64,000 bases of DNA, taken from Eubacteriales bacterium. Lineage in GTDB: Bacteria > Bacillota > Clostridia > Oscillospirales > CAG-382. This document shows positions 47,962 to 56,585 of this stretch, piece by piece. A model generated the notes under the pieces. The model made no database searches, was not told the origin of the DNA, and worked only from the letters and a program-made list of their open reading frames with translations. The position numbers and the translations under genes were made by a program. Where the stretch lies: the NCBI GenBank assembly GCA_045604705.1, contig JAZUOO010000030.1:28373-92372 (forward strand), written 5' to 3'. The first letter of the stretch is position 1, and each line of letters opens with the position of its first letter.

Positions 47962-48373
47962 AAATGTATTTTTTTGTACTCTCCAGATGATATGCCGTAC
48001 TTTCTTTTGAAGCTTCTGTTGAAATATGTAACATTCATAAATCCGCACATATGAGGTTAAGAAGTATATTCAGTGTCAGCATGGAGCTCATTTCAAAAAT
48101 TTCCTTGATTTCTGATTACTATTATAATCGAAGTGCGTGAACAGTTTTTTCGAAATAATAGCATTTCTTAAAAAATACCGAGGGCTTTGCTCGTAAGCAT
48201 TGTGACAGACGCAGGTATACGTAAAGCCGTATAATCGTTCAAAGACCCTTCAGGAAATGCTCATTGAAAATGGTGCGGTAAAAGAATAATGTATTCCTCC
48301 CCTGCGGTTTTGCTTTTTTCGGAAATATTTTTGAACTGCTTGCTTTGACGTTTATTTGTTTCTATTTTATCTA

Positions 48374-48401
48374 TTGCATTTTTAAAAATATGGTGTATAA
48401 T
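48374..48401 (+). promoter_or_regulatory. promoter of the VanY-type peptidase gene
   Basis: TTGCAT-16 nt-(TG)TATAAT, 31 nt before the ATG. Confidence 0.65.
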
Positions 48402-48432
48402 ACTGTTATGATTTTATATAAGGGAATATCAG

Positions 48433-50013
48433 ATGAACAATAATACTAACAATACTTCCGCAAACCGCAGACGTGACATAGTTACTCCCGCGCAAAGAAA
48501 AGCGGCAAAGGAAAGAAAGCTTGCGGCGCAAAGGGAAGCTCAGGAAGAAAGGCTGGCAGCGGAAAAAGAGGCTCAGGCTGAAAAGCTGAGAGCAGACGAG
48601 GCAAAACGTCGGGAAATTGAAGCAAGACGCAGAAGCTCGGTTAAAACATCTTCAAAAGCGGCTGTACCGTTAAGAACTTCAATGTCTCCTCCACCCGCAT
48701 CCGCAAAAAAAGCTTCGGCACGATCTGAAAGAAAACTTTACGGGCAACAGCAACAATCAGAAATACCGGAACGCCGTATCTGCAAGGAAAACGAACGACG
48801 AAGCAAACATTATGCACAGCACCGCCGTATATCCGAGCTTGAATATCAGATTCATCACCAGCAGCTTATCCGCGACAATATGCTTGACAAGGATATGGAA
48901 AAATACAGTCCAAAAAGCAACAAAACCGGTAAGATTGTTGCAATCACCGTTATTGCGGTACTGCTTATACTGAACATTATAGTATTTTCAGCTCTTACCC
49001 AAAGAAGCATACCCACAAAAAATACACAACCCACCACCCCAACAACCTCAGGCGGATTGGTAAATAACGATGAACAGCATGGAGTCCCCGAAATTGAATC
49101 CCCAAATGATAAGCATACCGTATCGGCTTCTGAATATACCAACGGCACGCTCATACTTGTCAACGGCGAACACCCTTACGATTTTGACAACGTCGGAATC
49201 GATATAAAGGACGATGAGCTTGTAACCGTCGCAAAGGAAATAAAAGATAAAACCTACAAGGCGGCTGACTACAAAGTATATCTGAACCGCGAAACTGTGG
49301 AAATGCTTAATCTTATGATGGCGGACTTTTACGCCTACTCTCGGCGCGACGACGTAATGGTAAACAGTGCACACAGAACTTTGGATCAGCAACAGGATAT
49401 TCTCGATTCCAAAAAGAAGCAGCTTGGCGAGGATCAGCAGATAGCACAGACTCCAGGCAACAGTGAGCATCATACGGGATATGCCTTTGACTTTTCGATA
49501 TATCCCGCAAACAAGAACGGTAGCACTTTCATCAATACCGGTAATTATACATGGATATATGAAAACTGTCACAAGTACGGTTTTATATTGAGATACCCTG
49601 AAGGAAAAACCGCTATCACGGGAATAGCCCCGGAAAGCTGGCATTTCAGATATGTTGGTATTCCTCATGCAACCTATATGTACCAAAAGGGAAAAACTCT
49701 TGAGGAATACATCCGTGACATTGCAATATATTCCGAAAGTATTCCGCTGACAATCAATATTTCTGATACTGAAAGCTACAGCGTATTTTATGTAAAAAAA
49801 GAAGACGCGGCACAGGTTACTTTCTCTGTTCCGAAGAACACTGAATATAAAATCAGCGGAGATAATGTCGGTGGCTTTGTGGTCTGGTACAACAATGCGG
49901 ATGTCGGCAAAAAGGGTGCAATGCAAAATCCGAATGTAGGAGCGTTTGAAAACACGGAAAGCTTTGAAAATGTACAATCCGACAAAAATCGGACTACACA
50001 AGGCGACATATAA
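48433..50013 (+). CDS. membrane-anchored M15B (VanY-type) D-alanyl-D-alanine carboxypeptidase
   Basis: K/R/E/A-rich cytoplasmic N-terminus, one TM (IVAITVIAVLLILNIIVFSAL), and a C-terminal catalytic domain with SEHHTGYAFD and PESWHFRYVG motifs. Confidence 0.85.
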   Translation: MNNNTNNTSANRRRDIVTPAQRKAAKERKLAAQREAQEERLAAEKEAQAEKLRADEAKRREIEARRRSSVKTSSKAAVPLRTSMSPPPASAKKASARSERKLYGQQQQSEIPERRICKENERRSKHYAQHRRISELEYQIHHQQLIRDNMLDKDMEKYSPKSNKTGKIVAITVIAVLLILNIIVFSALTQRSIPTKNTQPTTPTTSGGLVNNDEQHGVPEIESPNDKHTVSASEYTNGTLILVNGEHPYDFDNVGIDIKDDELVTVAKEIKDKTYKAADYKVYLNRETVEMLNLMMADFYAYSRRDDVMVNSAHRTLDQQQDILDSKKKQLGEDQQIAQTPGNSEHHTGYAFDFSIYPANKNGSTFINTGNYTWIYENCHKYGFILRYPEGKTAITGIAPESWHFRYVGIPHATYMYQKGKTLEEYIRDIAIYSESIPLTINISDTESYSVFYVKKEDAAQVTFSVPKNTEYKISGDNVGGFVVWYNNADVGKKGAMQNPNVGAFENTESFENVQSDKNRTTQGDI

Positions 50014-50044
50014 GAAAAATAAGTGCGGCAATACTTCACCGCAC
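50011..50044 (-). terminator. intrinsic terminator of the SASP gene
   Basis: The minus strand reads GTGCGG-10 nt-CCGCAC followed by TTATTTTTC; the U-tract overlaps the VanY stop codon. Confidence 0.55.
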
Positions 50045-50057
50045 CTTCGATTTTCTC

Positions 50058-50086
50058 CCGTCTGCTTTTTGCAGGCGGTTCTTTTA
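50058..50086 (+). terminator. intrinsic terminator of the VanY-type gene
   Basis: CCGTCTGC-TTTTT-GCAGGCGG (one G-U) followed by TTCTTTTATT. Confidence 0.55.
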
Positions 50087-50098
50087 TTCCGATTTCAA

Positions 50099-50302
50099 TC
50101 AGCCGTTGGAACTGTTCTTCATTGCATTTTCGGCGTCCATGATCATCTTCTTAACCATCTGACCGCCGACAGAACCTGCCTGCTTGGAAGTGAGGTCACC
50201 GTTATAACCCTGCTTGAGGTTAACGCCGACTTCAGATGCAGCTTCCATTTTAAACTTATCCATTGCTTCCTTTGCTTCGGGTACGAGTCTCTTGTTATTC
50301 AT
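50099..50302 (-). CDS. ssp: alpha/beta-type small acid-soluble spore protein
   Basis: KFKMEAASEVGVNLKQGYNGDLTSKQAGSVGGQMVKKMI matches the conserved alpha/beta SASP core. AAGGAG RBS. Confidence 0.9.
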   Translation of the reverse strand: MNNKRLVPEAKEAMDKFKMEAASEVGVNLKQGYNGDLTSKQAGSVGGQMVKKMIMDAENAMKNSSNG

Positions 50303-50418
50303 TTTAATTACTCCTTGAATATCTTTTTTATCTTTTTATAAAGCCGAAACTTCCTTTCGGCTCCGTATTTAGTGTTTTCCGCTTTTGTTCTTTTAACCGA
50401 GGTAATTTTTTCATTAAG

Positions 50419-50560
50419 CCTTTTTGCGGAAAGCTTTGTTTCATTATCGAAGTAAATACACATTCCTTTTTGCACTTTCTTTTTGGATATGTGGTTTCTT
50501 CGGAATTAGTTTGCAACGAAATATGTTTTTTATTTACGGTAATTTTTTGTAAATCGAAAA
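50419..50560 (-). repeat. copy A of a duplicated noncoding segment (upstream of the SASP gene)
   Basis: Blocks 50419-50442 and 50496-50560 align with 52937-53025. Contains ATTTAC-N11-GTAAAT. Confidence 0.7.
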
Positions 50561-50695
50561 TTAAGATTCCGCCACACCGCAGGTTTGCCAAGTTGATGCT
50601 TTTGTGCTTGTGTCAAAAATATTCCGTCGAGCCTCATAGTTTTATAAAAAAATTCAAATATTACGATAACGTTACAAAATTCACGATGACTTCCC

Positions 50696-50723
50696 TTGAC
50701 TATATAAAAAAACAGTGTATAAT
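50696..50723 (+). promoter_or_regulatory. promoter of the second MATE gene
   Basis: TTGACT-16 nt-(TG)TATAAT, about 80 nt before the ATG. Confidence 0.7.
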
Positions 50724-50804
50724 ATAGGAAGTGGTTTTATGAGGTCAAGAGAATGATGCCTCTTTAGTCAAAACAGTTACAAATAAAATATAAGGAGTCC
50801 ATAT

Positions 50805-52208
50805 ATGTCATCACCAGACACAAAATATATAAAAATGACCACCGAGCCGGTCGAAAAACTCGTCTGTAAGCTGGCTCTCCCCACCATCATAAGTATGCTC
50901 GTCACCACATTCTACAATCTCGCTGACACATTCTTTGTTCGTCTTCTTGACAATGACAGCATGGTAGCTGCGGTAGGTGTTGTGCTTCCGCTTATGAACA
51001 TAATCCAGGCATTCGGATTTTTCTGCGGACACGGCTCGGGAAACTACATTTCAAGAGCACTCGGACGACGTGATAAAAAGGATGCCGAAACTATGTGTGC
51101 AACCGGCTTCGGCTGGTCAATCATTATGGGACTTGCCATTTGTATCCCCGGTCTTATCTTCCGTGAACAGCTTGCACTTGTCCTGGGTGCAAAAACTGAG
51201 GCGACTCTTACAGCTACCGTTGACTACATGACATGGATTTTGCTTGCGGTTCCCTTTATGACAGGTGCAATTGTTATAAACAATCAGCTTCGTATGCAGG
51301 GTAATGCCGTTTTTGCAATGGCAGGACTCACCTCCGGTGCCGTCATAAACATAATTCTTGATCCTATTCTCATTTTCGGTGCAGGCATGGGAGTTGCAGG
51401 TGCGGCGCTTGCTACGGCAATAAGCCAGCTTATAAGTTTCATTCTTCTTATGATAGCACTTCACAAAAGTGACAACATAAGAATAAATCTTAAAAACTTC
51501 ACGCCGAATCTCTTTTATGTCAAGGGAATAGTGCAGGGCGGTCTCCCCTCTCTCGCACGTCAGGGACTTGCGAGTATTGCTGTTGCAACGCTCAATCATG
51601 CTGTAGGTATCTATGTTGTGGGCGATGTAATGACGGATGCAGTTCAGGCGGCAATGGCGGGTACTTCAAAGCTTATGCTGTTCCTTTCTTCTGCACTTAT
51701 CGGCTTCGGTCAGGGTTTCCAGCCTGTCTGCGGCTTCAACTACGGTGCAAAGAAATATGACCGTGTACGTAATGCCTACAGCTTCTGTATAAAGCTCTCG
51801 GTGGTAGTTCTTCTCATAATCGCGGTTGTCGGCTTTATCTTCGCAGAGCCCATAGTTTCAATTGTCGCCGGCACAAGCCCCCTCGCAATGGAAGTCGCAG
51901 CGTTTACATTCCGTGCACAACTGTGCAGCTTCCCTCTTATGAGCTGGGTAATCCTGTGCAATATGCTCCTGCAAAACATAGGACTCACTTTCAAAGCCAC
52001 CTTCGTTGCCGCGTCAAGGCAGGGCTTGACCTTTATTCCGTCGGTATTGCTGCTGCCGCTTATCACAGGCGCTCTCGGTGCTACTCCCATCCTCGGGCTT
52101 CAGCTTGCACAGGCTGTTAGTGATATGCTTGCCTTTGTCATTTCCCTCCCGATAGGACTTGCGGTTTTGCGCGGCATGAAAAACTCATCGGATCAACTAA
52201 AAGCTTAA
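50805..52208 (+). CDS. MATE-family efflux transporter (second copy, divergent from the first)
   Basis: AAGGAG RBS. 12 helices. KLALPTIISMLVTTFYNLADTFFV N-terminal MATE pattern. Confidence 0.9.
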   Translation: MSSPDTKYIKMTTEPVEKLVCKLALPTIISMLVTTFYNLADTFFVRLLDNDSMVAAVGVVLPLMNIIQAFGFFCGHGSGNYISRALGRRDKKDAETMCATGFGWSIIMGLAICIPGLIFREQLALVLGAKTEATLTATVDYMTWILLAVPFMTGAIVINNQLRMQGNAVFAMAGLTSGAVINIILDPILIFGAGMGVAGAALATAISQLISFILLMIALHKSDNIRINLKNFTPNLFYVKGIVQGGLPSLARQGLASIAVATLNHAVGIYVVGDVMTDAVQAAMAGTSKLMLFLSSALIGFGQGFQPVCGFNYGAKKYDRVRNAYSFCIKLSVVVLLIIAVVGFIFAEPIVSIVAGTSPLAMEVAAFTFRAQLCSFPLMSWVILCNMLLQNIGLTFKATFVAASRQGLTFIPSVLLLPLITGALGATPILGLQLAQAVSDMLAFVISLPIGLAVLRGMKNSSDQLKA

Positions 52209-52251
52209 ACTAACCATTTTCGGCGATAAAATAACTTAATCGAGCACCAAA

Positions 52252-52300
52252 AGGACGTGTAAAGGTCAATTCCGATACACGTCCTGAATTATTATTTTGG
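52252..52300 (+). terminator. probable terminator of the second MATE gene
   Basis: AGGACGTGT-16 nt-ACACGTCCT (9-bp stem) followed by GAATTATTATTTTGG, an interrupted U-tract. Confidence 0.45.
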
Positions 52301-52543
52301 TATCTCTAAAAGCAACTTTAACCCGCAAAAGAGGGGTGAAAAAAAACGTCATTTGCGATAAAAAAACACTGAGTTACACTTTGTAAAAACGTTTTATTGT
52401 TCAAGGTAAACAAATTTTCTTGCATCATTTTTTAAATATGAGTTTTACAGGTTATCAGTTACTTTTAAAGAACTTCAATACCGTCCTTTTCGCATATGAT
52501 TTCATTGAATTCTCTTTCAAAGCTCTCATCGTATTCGGTTATG

Positions 52544-52948
52544 TTAACTGCAAAGCAGTACTTTGTACCCTTTAGTTATTTTTGAATTATTTAATATAAA
52601 AAACCGAGACACATTAAGCATCCCGGCATAAATGTTTATATAAAAAGCACCCTCATCGTTCCCATTTGACAAACAGTCATTGACGAAGTCAAACAAAATC
52701 TGTGTTTTAAAAAGCTTTATACTTCGTAAAAACTCAAATTCCGATCTGAAAAAGTTCCTTAAATAATTATCCTGATCTTCAAACCGACAACCGACTACCC
52801 GGTTCTTCGCCGCATTCCCGAAAGATTGGTCTTTCGCTGTTCTCACGCACGACAAATGTGAAATACGATTCGGATGCTCATAAATGAAGCGGAATCCCAA
52901 AGTGTCATACAATAGGGACTCCGCATAGACTCGTATCCCTTTTGCCAA
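52544..52948 (-). pseudogene. AT-rich orphan ORF, probably a decaying accessory gene (no ATG, apparent frameshift near the 3' end)
   Basis: The only candidate start is TTG 52948 with no RBS. The frame closes at 52544, but a +1-shifted frame continues for 35 more sense codons (KGTKYCFAVNITEYDESFEREFNEIICEKDGIEVL*) down to about 52468. I recognise no family. Confidence 0.3.
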
Positions 52949-53025
52949 CGCTTTGTTTCGGCTTCGGGAATAGTTTGTGCAGTAATTTATATTTTATTTA
53001 CGGTAAAATTTGTAAATAATAAAGT
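52937..53025 (-). repeat. copy B of the duplicated noncoding segment (between the M16 peptidase stop and the orphan ORF)
   Basis: Same orientation as copy A. Contains ATTTAC-N10-GTAAAT. Confidence 0.7.
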
Positions 53026-53059
53026 TCATTGCTCTTTCAAAACCGAATTTTTCAAGCAA

Positions 53060-54328
53060 TCAAAGCTTTTCTGTGATTTCTCTTATCTCTGAAATGTTTA
53101 TCCTCTTCTTATCCTCCTTGAAGGTGAGAACCAGGTTGTCCTTTGTGAAGATTTCTCTTACAATTTCCGTCATTCTTTCGGCAGTAACATTCTTATATGA
53201 CTCCACCCGTTCATCAAAAGAAGCAAATCCGCGTCCCAGAAGCTTGTCCTCATATCCGAGCTGAAAATTTAGATCCTCAGGCTCATCCAGCAGACACTTT
53301 GCATTGACAACATAGGATGCTCTTGCATATTCAAGTTCATCTTTTATACCGCACTTCAGCTTTGCAAGAATATCAACGACCTTTTTTACGGATTTATAGG
53401 CATCCTTTGCTCCGACCTCGTAAAGAAAACTCAGTGTTCCTATATTCTTATACCTTTCAATAGAAGCATCATAGCTGTACACCATTCCCGATTCCTCGGA
53501 AAGCCCTTTGAATATCTTTGAGCATTCTCCCGAAAAGAGTATATCATAAAGCAGATAACTCTCCGCACAGTTATACCTTTCGGAAAAAATATCAAAAGAA
53601 AACCTTACTATATGCTCCTTTGAGTTCTTGACCGCAATGTGCGCATTCCTTTTTCCGAACATCACAGGCACCTGTGCCTTATTATCCATCTTTTCACCGC
53701 AAACAGGCAACCTTTTATTCTCAACGACATAGTGAAGATACGCAAGTCCGTCGTCACCGTAATTCCCCGTAACGTAAAAGAATATGTTATTCGCTGACAA
53801 GAATCTCTCCTGTGCTCCGAATAGAGCCTTAATACCTATCTTATCAAGAACCGCATTTTTTCCAAGAATAGTATTGGAGAGCCTCGTCCCATCCCAAACT
53901 ATTTTCTCGGAAAAATACTCCAGCGAATTTCTTTCGTCACTCTCGCGAAGCTCGCTCTTTATTCTTTTTCTTTCAACATCCAGCTCACATTTAGGAACAC
54001 TGAACGGGGTGAAAATCTCGCAAAGAATATCAACACTTTCACGGAATTTCTCCGTTGCACCGGTAATTTTAAACTGAATAAACTCTTTGTAAGTTACGGC
54101 ATTCATGGTTATGCCGAGCATATCGGCACGTCTGTACAGCTCACCGCCGAGAGCAGTGTTTATACTCCTGAACGCCGTATGCTCAAAAAAGTGGGATATT
54201 CCGTTTTCCGCATCCTTTTCATACAAAGGTCCTGCTTTAACGTAAAGACAAAGACAGAAGGAGTGAAGATAGGGGCTTCTGTATCCGTATATTTCAACAC
54301 CGTTTTTTGAAACTCTTTTCTCTTCCAT
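53060..54328 (-). CDS. M16-family (insulinase/pitrilysin-like) zinc peptidase
   Basis: Inverted zinc motif HFFEHTAF (HxxEH) near the N-terminus; ~420 aa two-lobe size. Confidence 0.85.
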   Translation of the reverse strand: MEEKRVSKNGVEIYGYRSPYLHSFCLCLYVKAGPLYEKDAENGISHFFEHTAFRSINTALGGELYRRADMLGITMNAVTYKEFIQFKITGATEKFRESVDILCEIFTPFSVPKCELDVERKRIKSELRESDERNSLEYFSEKIVWDGTRLSNTILGKNAVLDKIGIKALFGAQERFLSANNIFFYVTGNYGDDGLAYLHYVVENKRLPVCGEKMDNKAQVPVMFGKRNAHIAVKNSKEHIVRFSFDIFSERYNCAESYLLYDILFSGECSKIFKGLSEESGMVYSYDASIERYKNIGTLSFLYEVGAKDAYKSVKKVVDILAKLKCGIKDELEYARASYVVNAKCLLDEPEDLNFQLGYEDKLLGRGFASFDERVESYKNVTAERMTEIVREIFTKDNLVLTFKEDKKRINISEIREITEKL

Positions 54329-54340
54329 TATAACCTACAA

Positions 54341-55324
54341 TTAAAAAATACTTAAAATACTGTCAACCTGCGGCATTGCACATCTTATAAACAGGTAGCC
54401 TGCATACATTGCAAGCATTACTGCTCCCTGCCACTTTCTGTACTTCCCTGCAAATATAGTGGGAATTACCGCAACTGCCATAACTATAAGGGTTATCGGC
54501 AAATCAAGACCGTACGATGCTTTCGGAACTACAAGCTTACCGCCGGAAATAAGTGAGCAAACAGGGAGAATAACCGTAAGGTCGATAATATTTGCACCGA
54601 TAATGTTTCCGACGGAAAGTGCTGTTTCTTTCTTGCGTATAGCCGTAATTGCCGTTACAAGCTCGGGAAGGCTTGTTCCCACAGCAATAACAGTAACACC
54701 GATAACAGCCTCGGAAACACCTATTATTCTTGCGAGCTGTTGACCGTAATCAACAAGGAATCTTGCACCGAGAACTATACCGATTGTGCCTACAACAAAC
54801 ATTATAAGATTCTTTACAAGAAGATTTTTCGTCATTTCCGGCTTTTCATCATCTGCAGAATCGGACATAGACTTCTTTGCGTCGACTATGCTTCCGTATG
54901 TATAATATGCGAATATTGCAAGGAGCACAAATGTAGGCAGATAACCAAGCTTTCCCGAAAGGCTGCCAACAAGCAACACCACACACGAAAAAATCATAAG
55001 AAGTGCCTTTTGGGCATAGCTTTTTCTCTCAATAACCGCAGGAAGAAACACTACCGTCACCGCCATGATAAGTGCCATATTTGCTGTGACAGAACCTATT
55101 GCGTTACCCGCTGCAATATCAACAGAGCCGCCGACCGTTGCAAAAACCGAGGTCAGAAGTTCGGGAAGCGTAGTTGCCACACTGACGATTGTTGCACCGA
55201 TAAGGAACTTCGGGATTCCGAAAACCTCCGCAAACCAGCTTGCCGCATCCACAAACCAGTCGCCGCCCTTGATAATAAGTATAAGACCGACTATAAACAT
55301 TAAAATTATTACTGCAGTATTCAT
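54341..55324 (-). CDS. calcium/sodium (CaCA family, YrbG-like) antiporter
   Basis: GGGGGA RBS. Alpha-repeat motifs GATIVSVATTLPEL and GVTVIAVGTSLPEL. About 10 helices. Confidence 0.85.
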   Translation of the reverse strand: MNTAVIILMFIVGLILIIKGGDWFVDAASWFAEVFGIPKFLIGATIVSVATTLPELLTSVFATVGGSVDIAAGNAIGSVTANMALIMAVTVVFLPAVIERKSYAQKALLMIFSCVVLLVGSLSGKLGYLPTFVLLAIFAYYTYGSIVDAKKSMSDSADDEKPEMTKNLLVKNLIMFVVGTIGIVLGARFLVDYGQQLARIIGVSEAVIGVTVIAVGTSLPELVTAITAIRKKETALSVGNIIGANIIDLTVILPVCSLISGGKLVVPKASYGLDLPITLIVMAVAVIPTIFAGKYRKWQGAVMLAMYAGYLFIRCAMPQVDSILSIF

Positions 55325-55356
55325 AATAAATTCCCCCGTTATTTTTTATTCCGATT

Positions 55357-56301
55357 TTATGTCATTTTGATTTTTCTGTTTTCTTTTCCGAGTTTTCTTT
55401 CAAGCTCTTTTACAACAAGAGCATCATATGTTTGCCTGTCGCCATCCTTGCACTCCCTTACGGTTCTGTAAACGGTAACATTTTTGGATGGATCCTTGGT
55501 ATCGCTGATTCTCAGTCTTACCGTAAATTCACCGTGAGCTTCGCACCTTGCAAGGCTCAGATACTTGAATCTGTTCGCACGCACAAAGGGTGCAATTTCG
55601 CAAAACTTCCCGTCACAAACAGGACAGGACGGATTACATATCTCACGGTTTGTAAGAGCAGATCGTCTGCTTTTGAGTCCGCTGAAAATGGTCTTGCCTT
55701 TATCATTGCCGCAAAGTGCGCATTTTGCACCGGGATATTCTGCAATTCCCTTTTCAATATTCAGTTTTTTTGCTATCATTGCGGTGTAATATGCGTCATT
55801 GAGTGCATCGTGAGCTTTCAGAGTATTCTCGATCCGGAAGTACTCTACCGCCGCCGCAAGAGATTTCTGATTTGTCCCTGTATCCGTCTGCATATTGAAG
55901 AACACCTGAAGATTGTACCATGTCTTGCAAAACTCGGAGTTTTCGCCGTTGACATTGCAGTTCTGACGAAGTATTCTTATGTCGTCTATTCCCCATGTGA
56001 AGAAAACCGCATCAGGCTCGCACCAATCCACAAATTTCTTAATACAGTCCGAAAATGAGGGAGCATTTTCCAGCATTTCCCCGGTAATACCCGTAAGCTC
56101 GGAAACCTTGCTGTTCATCTTTGTATAGACTTTGGGTTTTATTTCCGATTTGAATACACTCTCTATTTCAAGATTTTCCGAGAGCTTCACGGCACCTATC
56201 TGTATTATCTCTCCCGAAAAACGCTTTCCGTCTTCAAGTATCATCGTCTGCTTTGAGCTTTGCGCCTGATTCCACTCAAAGTCCACAGCTATGTATTTCA
56301 T
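55357..56301 (-). CDS. DEDDh 3'-5' exonuclease (KapD/ERI-1-like) with Cys-rich C-terminal extension
   Basis: Exo I VDFEWN, Exo II FFTWGIDD, Exo III HDALNDAYYTA. C-terminal CALCGN...CNPSCPVCDG...C..HG suggests a zinc ribbon. Confidence 0.8.
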   Translation of the reverse strand: MKYIAVDFEWNQAQSSKQTMILEDGKRFSGEIIQIGAVKLSENLEIESVFKSEIKPKVYTKMNSKVSELTGITGEMLENAPSFSDCIKKFVDWCEPDAVFFTWGIDDIRILRQNCNVNGENSEFCKTWYNLQVFFNMQTDTGTNQKSLAAAVEYFRIENTLKAHDALNDAYYTAMIAKKLNIEKGIAEYPGAKCALCGNDKGKTIFSGLKSRRSALTNREICNPSCPVCDGKFCEIAPFVRANRFKYLSLARCEAHGEFTVRLRISDTKDPSKNVTVYRTVRECKDGDRQTYDALVVKELERKLGKENRKIKMT

Positions 56302-56327
56302 GACTTTGGAGTCCTTTCGTTTTTAAA

Positions 56328-56359
56328 AATGCACAATGCACAATACATAATGCACAATT
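56328..56359. repeat. tandem heptamer array (GCACAAT x3 plus ACATAAT), left arm of an inverted pair
   Basis: AATGCACAATGCACAATACATAATGCACAATT read directly; it ends 27 nt upstream of the exonuclease start on the minus strand. Confidence 0.8.
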
Positions 56360-56520
56360 TTTGTTGATTTCCCCTCAGAGCTTTGCCTGAATTTGCAATC
56401 TTTGACAGCGGAAATCTTCTTTTTATTTCATCTGCGTCGCAGAATTTGCGTTGCTTCTTATTAACTGTAAATCAAATAATTACTTCGTTCTGCAAAAACA
56501 CATTCAAATCCGAATCTGCC

Positions 56521-56559
56521 GATTTTAAAATCAATCGAAGGTTGCGAAGTAACCAACCT
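56521..56559 (-). terminator. possible terminator after rqcH-DUF3006
   Basis: The minus strand reads AGGTTG-9 nt-CAACCT followed by TCGATTGATTTT. Confidence 0.4.
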
Positions 56560-56560
56560 C

Positions 56561-56585
56561 AATTGTACATTGTGAATTGTGCATT
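56561..56585. repeat. tandem heptamer array in inverted orientation (ATTGTAC, ATTGTGA, ATTGTGC), right arm
   Basis: AATTGTACATTGTGAATTGTGCATT. Its reverse complement, AATGCACAATTCACAATGTACAATT, matches the left array. Confidence 0.8.

Noticed and set aside
50328-50591. 87-aa minus-strand ORF (MANLRCGGILIFDLQKITVNKKH...) upstream of the SASP gene
   Set aside because: It has no RBS and a Lys-rich low-complexity product, and it spans the duplicated noncoding segment and a hairpin. It is more likely leader or promoter DNA. The 50470-50727 plus-strand ORF was rejected for the same reasons.
46441-53060. tRNA-Arg-linked genomic island
   Set aside because: The stretch looks patchy and AT-rich between genes. 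However, there is no integrase, no mobility gene and no recognisable repeat of the tRNA 3' end, and the cargo genes (MATE, VanY, SASP) are ordinary chromosomal types.
52996-53062. Stop-codon read-through extension of the M16 peptidase (21 in-frame sense codons after its TGA)
   Set aside because: There is no known read-through context. The in-phase frame is short and AT-rich and is more simply part of the duplicated noncoding segment.
56328-56585. CRISPR array or MITE interpretation of the heptamer arrays
   Set aside because: Not CRISPR: the units are 7 nt, directly abutting, with no spacers and no cas genes. MITE status cannot be established from a single copy, and I see no target-site duplication. 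It is kept as an open finding rather than called a mobile element.
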